Of a stretch of DNA of 64,000 nucleotides, positions 23,971 to 32,156 are shown in pieces (positions within the stretch are counted from its first letter, which is position 1; the number at the start of each line of letters is the position of its first letter). Location of the stretch: positions 859,187 to 923,186 of the forward strand of contig CAWCFI010000003.1 in assembly GCA_963794705.1 (NCBI GenBank). Direction: 5' to 3'. The position numbers and the translations under genes were made by a program. The notes under the pieces are model-generated. The model had not been told where the DNA came from and searched no databases. It saw only the letters and a program-made list of their open reading frames with translations. The DNA is from an uncultured Acidobacteriota bacterium. Its GTDB lineage: Bacteria; Acidobacteriota; Vicinamibacteria; Vicinamibacterales; CAVVIG01.

Positions 23971-24747
23971 ATGCGGAAGAGCCTATCGTGCCTCATGGGT
24001 GTTGTGATGCTGCTCGCCGGCGGCACGGCGCGCGCCGACGACGAGCGATCGTCGGCCTGCCGGGACCTGCCGTCTCACGCGGCGTTGCGGGCCCAACTCG
24101 AGGCGGCACGGGCGCAGGCAAACGGGGGATTCAACCTGGATATGTGGGCGACCGTGGTCAACCGCGACGGCGTGGTCTGCGCCGTCGCGTTCACCGGTAA
24201 CAACCGGGGCGATCAATGGCCCGGAAGCCGGGTGATCTCGGCACAGAAAGCGAATACCGCGAACGCGTTCAGCCTGCCGGGGCTGGCGCTCTCGACCGCG
24301 GACCTGTTCACCGCAACGCAGCCGGGCGGCAGTCTGTTCGGCCTCCAGGAGAGCAACCCGGTGGACACCGGCGTGGCTTACGGAGGCAACCCCTCGAACA
24401 ACGGTCAAAGCAACGATCCGATGGTCGGCGGGCGGATCGGCGGTGTGAACGTGTTCGGCGGCGGGCTCGCGCTGTACAACTCCAACGGAAAGATCGTCGG
24501 CGGCCTTGGGGTCAGCGGTGACTCGTCATGCGCCGACCACAACATCGCGTGGCGGACGCGTCACAACTTGAACCTCGATTTCGTGCCCGGCGGTGTCGGC
24601 CCGGATTCGGCCCGCCCCGACAATATCGTCTACGACATCGTGCCGCAGGCGGGCCAGATGCCCGGCGTCAGCGCGAGCGGATGGGGCCACGCCAGCTGCA
24701 GCGCAGCCGCCACGGCGATTGCGGCTGGTCTGCCACCGGTCAGATGA
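23971..24747 (+). CDS. GlcG/HbpS-like (DUF336) haem-binding-type protein, exported
   Basis: Signal peptide plus the DUF336-like core VVNRDGVVCAVAFTG..SRVISAQKANTANAFS..GGLALYNSNGKIVGGLGVSGDSSCADH. GAGGAGG SD. Confidence 0.65.
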   Translation: MRKSLSCLMGVVMLLAGGTARADDERSSACRDLPSHAALRAQLEAARAQANGGFNLDMWATVVNRDGVVCAVAFTGNNRGDQWPGSRVISAQKANTANAFSLPGLALSTADLFTATQPGGSLFGLQESNPVDTGVAYGGNPSNNGQSNDPMVGGRIGGVNVFGGGLALYNSNGKIVGGLGVSGDSSCADHNIAWRTRHNLNLDFVPGGVGPDSARPDNIVYDIVPQAGQMPGVSASGWGHASCSAAATAIAAGLPPVR

Positions 24748-24769
24748 AGGCGGCTTGAAGATCTAAACG

Positions 24770-24810
24770 CTGAACTCTCAAGTCTCAAGTGCCGAGACTT
24801 GAGAGTTCAG
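24770..24810. terminator. perfect 17-bp hairpin between convergent genes (bidirectional terminator)
   Basis: CTGAACTCTCAAGTCTC (24770-24786), loop aagtgcc, GAGACTTGAGAGTTCAG (24794-24810). The right arm covers the glpF stop codon and is followed by TCTTTC. Confidence 0.7.
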
Positions 24811-25580
24811 TCTTTCGGAAAGCGGTGCCCGACAAAGGCATCGTAGGCCCAGCCGCCCACCACGCCGCCAACGCACGGCCCGACGATCGGCACCCACCAC
24901 CACGCGTTGCCGGCGCGAAACACCTCTCCGCCCCAGCCGGCGACGAACGTGAACAACCGCGGGCCGAAATCGCGCGCCGGATTGATGGCGTAGCCCGCGT
25001 TGAAACCGAATGTCGCGCCAATCAACACCACCAGCAGGCCGACCACGACCGGAGCGAGCCCCGCCGGTGCGGGCGAGTTGCGGCTGTCGGTGATTCCGAA
25101 GATGCCCGCGACCAACAGTGCCGTCCCGACCACCTGATCGATGAAACCGCCAGGAAAAGTGCTGAGGAAAGGCTGCGGATAGGTCGCCCAGATGCCGGCC
25201 GTCCCCTGCGCGCCGAGCACCTGCCGCACGCCGCCGTCGAACGCGTCGATCGCTTCGTGATACGTCAGGAACACCACCGCCGACGCGACGAACGCGCCCG
25301 CGATCTGCGCGACGGTATACGGCAGCACCTTGCCCCACGGCAGCTTGCGGTGCACGGCGAGCGCCAGCGTGACCGCCGGGTTCAGGTGCGCGCCGGTCAC
25401 TCCTGCCGATACGTAGCATCCCATCGTCACCGCAAGGCCCCAGGCGATATTGATCGACAGGGTATCGCCGGCCGTGTGCTTGCTGAGCACCACCTGCGCA
25501 ACCACGCCGACGCCGAAGACGATCAGGATGAACGTGCCGAAGAACTCGGCCAGCACTTCGCGCAAGAGTCCTTTTTGCAT
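24807..25580 (-). CDS. glpF: aquaglyceroporin (MIP family glycerol uptake facilitator)
   Basis: Two NPA motifs (HLNPAVTLA; AINPARDFGPR) and six TM segments. Start at MQKGLLREVLAEFFGTF (ATG 25580); the ORF extends to 25631. Confidence 0.9.
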   Translation of the reverse strand: MQKGLLREVLAEFFGTFILIVFGVGVVAQVVLSKHTAGDTLSINIAWGLAVTMGCYVSAGVTGAHLNPAVTLALAVHRKLPWGKVLPYTVAQIAGAFVASAVVFLTYHEAIDAFDGGVRQVLGAQGTAGIWATYPQPFLSTFPGGFIDQVVGTALLVAGIFGITDSRNSPAPAGLAPVVVGLLVVLIGATFGFNAGYAINPARDFGPRLFTFVAGWGGEVFRAGNAWWWVPIVGPCVGGVVGGWAYDAFVGHRFPKD

Positions 25581-25604
25581 GGGCGCATTGTATAGTGAGC
25601 GGCC
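25581..25604. promoter_or_regulatory. 24-bp divergent glpF/glpK spacer with overlapping -10 boxes (leaderless-type)
   Basis: The spacer is gggcgcATTGTATAGTgagcggcc. On plus, TATAGT (25591-25596) lies 8 nt before ATG 25605. On minus, TACAAT (25592-25587) lies 6 nt before ATG 25580. Confidence 0.45.
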
Positions 25605-27104
25605 ATGCCGTACATCCTCGCGCTCGATCAAGGAACCACCAGCTCACGGGCGATTGTCTTCGACCATGACGGCGCGATCCGCGCGGTCGCGCAGAAGGAA
25701 TTCACCCAGATTTTTCCGTCCACCGGCTGGGTCGAGCACGACCCCGGCGAGATCTGGGCCTCCCAGATCGGTGTCGCCGTCGAAGCGCTCGGGCGCGCCC
25801 AGGTGCGGCCGAAGGAACTGGCGGCGATCGGCATCACCAACCAGCGCGAGACGACCATCGTCTGGGATCGCGAGACGGGCGATCCGGTCTACAACGCGAT
25901 CGTCTGGCAGGACCGCCGCACCGCCGACTACTGCCAGGGTCTCAAGGCGCAGGGCGCCGGCGAGACGATTCAGGCGAAGACCGGCCTGCTCATCGACGCC
26001 TATTTTTCGGCGAGCAAGATCCGCTGGATTCTCGACAACGTGGCGGGCGCCAGGGCGCGTGCCGACGCCGGCAAGCTCGCATTCGGCACCGTCGACTCGT
26101 GGCTGGTGTGGAAACTGACAGGGGGCGCCCGTCACATCACCGACGTGAGCAACGCGTCGCGGACGATGCTGTTCAACATCCACACGCTGCAGTGGGACGA
26201 CGAGCTGTTGCAGCTGTTCGGCGTGCCGGCGAGCATGCTGCCCGAGGTGCGCTCGTCGAGCGAAGTCTACGGCAACGTGTCGGACGTCGCTGGGCATCGA
26301 GAGCGTGCCGATCGCGGGTATCGCAGGCGATCAACAGGCCGCGCTCTTCGGCCAGATGTGCCGCCAGCCGGGCATGTCGAAGAACACGTACGGCACGGGC
26401 TGTTTCCTGCTGCAAAACATCGGGACCACGCCGACCCGCTCGACCCAGCAGCTCGTCACCACCGTCGCATGGCAGATCGGCGGCCGGACCGAGTACGCGC
26501 TCGAAGGCAGCGTGTTCATCGGCGGCGCCGTCGTGCAGTGGATTCGCGATGGGCTCGGCCTGATTCGCACCGCTCCCGAGATCGAGCCGCTCGCCGCCAG
26601 CGTTCCCGACAACGGCGGCGATCTACCTGGTGCCGGCGTTCGCCGGTCTCGGCGCACCGCACTGGGATCCGTACGCGCGCGGCACTCTGGTCGGGATCAC
26701 GCGCGGGACCTCGTCCGGGCACATCGCGCGCGCGGCGCTCGAGAGCATCGCCTACCAGGTCGCTGACCTTCTCGACGCGATGCGGCGCGGATGCCGGCGT
26801 CCCGCTCAAGGAGCTGCGCGTGGACGGCGGCGCCGCCACCAATAACATGCTGATGCAGTTCCAGGCCGATCTGCTCGGCGTTCCGGTGGTGCGCCCCGCG
26901 GTCACCGAAACCACGGCGCTCGGCGCCGCGTATCTGGCGGGGATCGCGGTCGGCTACTGGAAATCGGCCGACGACGTCAGCGGTCAGTGGAAGGTGGATC
27001 GCCGGTTCGAACCGGCGATGCCGCGGGCCGCGGCGAACGCGCTGCGTCAACGATGGACACAGGCGCTGGAACGCTCCAAAGGATGGGAAGTCAGACAGCC
27101 GTGA
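25605..27104 (+). pseudogene. glpK: glycerol kinase; three +1 frameshifts as sequenced
   Basis: MPYILALDQGTTSSRAIVFD..ITNQRETTIVWD.. joins [23 protein letters not shown] (ORF 26305), then [21 protein letters not shown] (ORF 26630), then [30 protein letters not shown] (back in the first frame). Shifts are near 26287, 26620 and 26789. Confidence 0.9.
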
Positions 27105-28045
27105 GCGTCCCTCGCGCCAGCATGCCGCTCCAGGTCGCCGCCGCGATGCTCACGCTGATCGGTCCGATGACGCGCGGGCAACCCGCTGGCAGCCTGGCGC
27201 AACTCGAAGTCGTCGTCAGCGACAAGCGCGGCCAGCCTGTGCTGGGACTGCAGAGGGACGATTTCGACATAAAGGAAGACGGCCGTAGCGTCGCGCCGGA
27301 CGCCGCAACGATGGTCGACGCAGACGAGGATCCCGGCCGGGGCGAGGGCCGCTTCGTCATTCTGGTGCTGGATGATGTCAGCGAGCTGGCGGCGAAGGAT
27401 CCACGCATGACGCCGAGCGTTCAGCGCGTCGCAAGGGCGTTCGTCGACAAGATCAGCAGCTCGAACGCCGTGACGGTGCTGCGCTTGAGCCGCAACGCGA
27501 CTGCCGCGCCGATGACGCATGACGAGGCGCTCATGGCGCTCGCCGCGCCAAAACGGGTCGGCGAAGGTCTTGGACCCGCGCCACTCTTTCGCCACGCCAT
27601 TCAGACGGTTGCGACCATTGCCCGGCAAGTCGCGTCCGCACCGCATCGATGGAAACCTGTGGTCTTGATTGGCGCCGCTGACTACCTCGAGCGCCAGAAC
27701 ACCGATCCGATGTCGCGTGATTGGTTCGGCGCGGCGGAGGCCGCCGCCAGGGCGCATGTCATCACCTACGTGATCGATCCGACCGACCTTGCCCGCACGA
27801 TGCTCCGGCCGGAACCGCGAGTCTCCGGTTCGTTCGGGCTCGCGGCCGAAACGGGAGGCTACGTCTTCGCTGGCGCCAGCGCGGCGGGTGCCGCGGTCGA
27901 ACAGGTCTGGAGCGAGGCGGGCCATTACTATCACCTGGAGTACAAGCCACTGCTCACAGGAAAAGCGCCGCATCGGATCGACGTCCGCGTCAAACGCGCT
28001 GGCGTCAGCGCGCGAAGCAGACAGTCACGATGGGAACCGAGTTAG
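27101..28045 (+). CDS. VWFA-related acidobacterial-domain protein
   Basis: LEVVVSDKRGQPVLGLQRDDFDIKEDGRSV..VLDDVS.. and a C-terminal YHLEYKP..HRIDVRVKRAGVSARSRQ, typical of this family. Start is GTG 27101 (overlapping the glpK stop) or ATG 27122. Confidence 0.7.
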   Translation: MSVPRASMPLQVAAAMLTLIGPMTRGQPAGSLAQLEVVVSDKRGQPVLGLQRDDFDIKEDGRSVAPDAATMVDADEDPGRGEGRFVILVLDDVSELAAKDPRMTPSVQRVARAFVDKISSSNAVTVLRLSRNATAAPMTHDEALMALAAPKRVGEGLGPAPLFRHAIQTVATIARQVASAPHRWKPVVLIGAADYLERQNTDPMSRDWFGAAEAAARAHVITYVIDPTDLARTMLRPEPRVSGSFGLAAETGGYVFAGASAAGAAVEQVWSEAGHYYHLEYKPLLTGKAPHRIDVRVKRAGVSARSRQSRWEPS

Positions 28046-28275
28046 CGTTTCGGGAATCGCGGCACGCCGAAATCGGCGGCTTCCGCGCGGGCCGGATGAT
28101 CGTCCACCAGCTCAGCATAGCCGGCGATGATCAGCACCGATGCGAGGTAGGACGGAACCAGAAATACGCCGCCCACTCGAAAATGGCTCAGGTCGAACTC
28201 GTCAAATTCCCCCGGCGGAGGAAGCGAGGTGAGTCGAATCCTGAGTGCAGATTCGGGTGTATGGTTTTCAGTCAA
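28042..28275 (-). CDS. small hypothetical protein (77 aa) with one hydrophobic segment
   Basis: ORF in a locally GC-poorer pocket. VGGVFLVPSYLASVLIIAGYAELV may be a TM helix. Its stop overlaps the stop of the convergent VWFA gene. Confidence 0.3.
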   Translation of the reverse strand: MTENHTPESALRIRLTSLPPPGEFDEFDLSHFRVGGVFLVPSYLASVLIIAGYAELVDDHPARAEAADFGVPRFPKR

Positions 28276-28393
28276 GAGAACTCTATTGCTGAGCGAGCCC
28301 GCTACACGGATCGCCCTCTTTCTGCCTAGATGCTAGCAAAAAGCAAGAATATTGCCCGATGCCTCATGACGTAGGAATCGCCGGAGAATCCCA

Positions 28394-31300
28394 GTGAAAC
28401 GATCTCATCTGCTCGCGGCCGTATTGCCGCTACTGCTGGCGATGGCCGCCTGGTGGGTGCCACGCACCCCGGCCGCGCAAACCTTCGAAACGACGGCCTT
28501 CGGCGGCGCCATGCGCTGGCGGGCGATCGGGCCGTTCCGCGGCGGCCGCACCAAGGCGATCACCGGCGTGCCCGGCGATCTCCACACCTTCTACATGGCA
28601 CCGGTGAACGGCGGCGTCTGGAAGACGACCGATCTCGGCCGCACGTGGGCGCCGATCTTCGACGATCAGCCGACGGGATCGATCGGATCGATCGCGGTGG
28701 CGCCGTCGGATCCGAACGTGCTCTACGTCGGCAGCGGCGAAGGGCTCGCCCGTCCCGATCTTTCCGTCGGCGACGGCATCTACAAGTCGACCGACGCGGG
28801 CCGCAGCTGGACGCATCTTGGCCTTCGCGACGGGCAGCAGATTCCGTACATCATCGTCGATCCGAGAAATGCGAACCGGTTGTTCGTAGCGGTGCTGGGC
28901 CACCCGTACGGACCGAACGAGGAGCGCGGCGTGTACCGGTCGACCGACGGTGGCGCGACGTTTCAAAAGGTGCTGTCGAAGGACGAGAACACCGGCGCGT
29001 CCGACCTTGAGTTCGATCCGAAGAACCCCGACATCGTCTACGCCTGTCTGTGGGAACAGCGGCAGGGACCGTGGGAAAACGGCGCGTGGGCCGGGACGAC
29101 CGGCGGCATCTTCAAGTCCATCGACGGCGGCACGACGTGGCGGCAGTTGAGCAAGGGGCTGCCCACGGAGGGGATTGTCCAGGCCGACATCGCCGTCGCG
29201 CCGAGCGACGGCAACCGGATCTACGCCACGGTGGCCAACCCGCAGTCGGTCCGAATCTATCGATCCGATGATGCAGGTGACAGCTGGACGCAGATCACGA
29301 CCGACAACCGTCCCGCCGGCCGGATCGGCGGCGGTGACCTGCCGGTGCCGGCGGTCGATCCGAAGAACGCCGACACCGTGATCATCGCGAGCACGGTCAG
29401 CTATCGATCGACCGACGGCGGCAAGACCTGGATCGCGCTGCGCGGCGCCCCCGGCGGCGACGACTATCAGCGGCCGTGGATCAGCCCGGCCGACTCGAAG
29501 ATCATCGCGATGGCGAGCGATCAGGGCGCGATCATCAGCGTCAACGGCGGAGAGTCGTGGAGCTCCTGGTACAACCAGCCGACGTCGCAGATGTATCACG
29601 TCAACGCCGACAACGCTTTTCCGTACCGCGTCTGCGGCGGCCAGCAGGAAAGCGGATCGGCCTGTGTCGCCAGCCGGGGCAACGATGGGATGATCACGTT
29701 CCGCGAATGGCATCCGGTCGGCGTCGAGGAATACGGCTATGCGGTGCCGGATCCGCTGAACGCCGACATCATCTACGGCGGCAAGGTGACGCGCTACAAC
29801 CGCAAGACCGGCCAGGTGCAGAACATCGCGCCAACGCCGGTGCGCCCGGCCGACTTCCGCACGCTGCGCACCGCGCCGGTCGCCTTCTCCGCCGCGGATC
29901 CGCACGTCATGTACTTCGCGTCGAATACGCTGTGGAAGACCGCCACCGGCGGCCGCAGCTGGACCCAGATCAGCAAGGACCTGACGCGCCCAACCTGGGA
30001 CGCGCCCGCGACCATCGGCAAGTACCGGAGCGCCGACAGTGCGAAGCCGACGCAACGCGGCGTGATCTACACGGTGGCGCCGTCGCCGCTCGACGTCAAT
30101 CGGATCTGGATCGGCACCGACGACGGCCTGGTCCAGATGACGGCTGACGGTGGTGCGTCATGGCACGACGTCACGCCCCCAGACCTGAAGCCGTTCATGA
30201 AGGTATCGATCGTCGATGCCGGCCATTTCGATACGCAGACGGCGTACACGGCGATCAACACCTTGCGCCTCGACGACATGCGGCCGCACATCTACCGGAC
30301 GCACGATGGCGGCAAGAGCTGGACCACCATCACCAATGGCATTCCAGACGGGGCGCCGGTCAACGCGGTCCGCGAAGATCCCAACCGCCGGGGTCTGCTG
30401 TTCGCCGGTTCGGAGCGCGCCGTCTACGTCTCGTTCGACGACGGCGAGCACTGGCAGTCGCTCAGGCTGAACATGCCGGCGACCTCGATCCGCGACATCA
30501 TCGTCAAGGGAGACGATCTGATTGCCGGCACGCACGGCCGCGGCATCTGGATCCTCGACGATATCACCCCGCTGCGACAGATGATGGATGATGCCGTGCA
30601 GGCTGTCAGGCCTGCCACCGCAGGGCTGAAGCCCAGCACTACTCTCGACAGACTGTTCAAACCGCAGACGGCGTACCGGGTGCGACAGAATACGAACACG
30701 GACACGCCGATCCCGCCCGACGAAGCCGCGGGTACCAATCCGCCGGACGGCGCGATCATCAACTACGCGCTCGCGGCCGCGGCGACGGGTCCGATCACGC
30801 TCGACGTTCTCGACGCCGCCGGAACCTCGGTTCGCCACTACTCTAGCGGCGATCGCAACGACAACCCGACCGACGCGACCGCGCCGGTACCGCTCTACTG
30901 GTATCGCGCGCCGCAGACGCTGTCCGGCGCGGCGGGAATGCATCGCTTCCTGTGGGACATCCACTATCAACCGATCCCGGGCGGCGGAGGCGGCCGCGGC
31001 GGCCTGCCGATCGCGGCGGTGCCGCACGACACCGTGCCGGCGCCATCGGGTCCATGGGCGCCGCCCGGCCAGTACACGCTGAGGCTGACCGTCGACGGCA
31101 GGAGCTACACCCAGCCGCTGACGCTGAAGATGGATCCGCGCGTCACCACGTCGGCCATCGGGCTGACGCAGCAGTTCACGCTGTCGAAGCAGCTCTATGA
31201 CGGAATCATCGAGGCGCAGAAGGCGCTCGACGAGATCCGCGCGCGCAGGGCGGGGTCGTCAGGCGACGCGGCGGCCGCCCTCCAGGCGCTGGAAGGTCAG

Positions 31301-31499
31301 GCCGGGCGGGCGTGGCGCTGTCGCCGACGGACCCGACACATTCAACAGCGCGATCGGCGGCATGAATCAGCTGATGGGTTTGCTGCAGGGCGCCGACGTC
31401 GCGCCGACGACGCAGCTGGTGGCGGCGGTCGGCCAGCGCCGTGCGGCGCTGGCGAAGCTGATGACGAGGTTTGCAGCGTTGAAGGCGGAGGCGAAGTAG
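28394..31499 (+). pseudogene. ~1035-aa secreted BNR/Asp-box repeat beta-propeller protein (sortilin/VPS10-type, glycosyl-hydrolase-like); one +1 frameshift near the C-terminus as sequenced
   Basis: Signal peptide and many Asp-box motifs (STDAGRSW, STDGGATF, SIDGGTTW, SDDAGDSW, STDGGKTW, VNGGESW, TATGGRSW, TADGGASW, THDGGKSW, FDDGEHW). The C-terminus continues in ORF 31197..31499. The extra G sits at 31308-31310. Confidence 0.85.
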
Positions 31500-31514
31500 A
31501 AGAACGGGATGTAG

Positions 31515-31565
31515 GCCGGGTCCTTTCGGACCCGGCGCACAACGGCGGGTCAAGCAAGACCCGCC
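31515..31565. terminator. twin GC hairpins between convergent genes
   Basis: GCCGGGTCC-TTTC-GGACCCGGC (31515-31536, 9 bp) and GGCGGGTC-AAGCAA-GACCCGCC (31544-31565, 8 bp). The second abuts the peroxiredoxin stop. Confidence 0.7.
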
Positions 31566-32126
31566 CTACTTGCGCTTTGGTACCTTGAGATCCTCAAGCT
31601 TCGCGACGACGTCCTGTCCCGATGTCGCTGGCTTGACGGCCTTGTCGATGAACGCGATCTTGCCGGCCGGATCGATGTAGTAGGTCCACCGCTTCGCGAA
31701 TTGCCGCTCGGGTGGGGCGTCGGTGGGAATCACCTGGTAGGCGAACGCGACCTTCTTGTCCGGGTTCGAGAGCATCGGGAAGTCCGCATGCTCTTTCAGC
31801 GCGAACGCCTTGTTGTCTTCGGGCGTGTCGACGCTGATCATGAAGTACGCGGTGTCGAAGGCGCGAATCAGTCCCCCGCTCTCACGGAGCGAGTTGCATT
31901 CCGCCGTTCAACCACCGGTGAACGCTTTCGGGAACCACCCCAGCACGACCCAATGCCCTTTGAGATCCTTCAGGCTGTAGGTCTTGCCGTCGGTGCCCGG
32001 AAGCGTGAAGTCCGGAGCCGCATCGCCGACCTTGAGCTCCGCGCTCGGGGTCTGGGCGATGGCCGGAGTGGCCAGCAGACCGCACGCGACCAGCGCGAGC
32101 GGCAGCAGCCTTAACGCTTTCCTCAT
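31566..32126 (-). CDS. exported PrxQ/BCP-type peroxiredoxin (AhpC/TSA family) with in-frame TGA at the peroxidatic Cys position: candidate selenocysteine protein (186 aa)
   Basis: ORFs 31908..32126 and 31566..31841 are in the same frame, separated by one TGA (31908-31910) and 22 sense codons. The active site reads [19 protein letters not shown]. Signal peptide [34 protein letters not shown]. Confidence 0.7.
31860..31907 (-). promoter_or_regulatory. candidate bacterial SECIS element downstream of the in-frame UGA
   Basis: The upper stem-loop CUCGCUC-CGUGA-GAGCGGG (31893-31875) starts 14 nt after the UGA and has GU in its apical loop. A lower helix GGCG/CGCC closes the structure. Hand-folded only. 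Confidence 0.4.
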
Positions 32127-32156
32127 CCAACCTCCTCTATGGAGAAGAAGATACCA

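Noticed and set aside
31842-31910. Reading the split peroxiredoxin as a frameshifted or nonsense pseudogene, like the other broken genes.
   Set aside because: The two halves are in the same frame with a single TGA at the catalytic Cys codon and no other lesion. All other disruptions in the window are indels. A substitution error (TGC to TGA) remains the main alternative, as stated in the finding.
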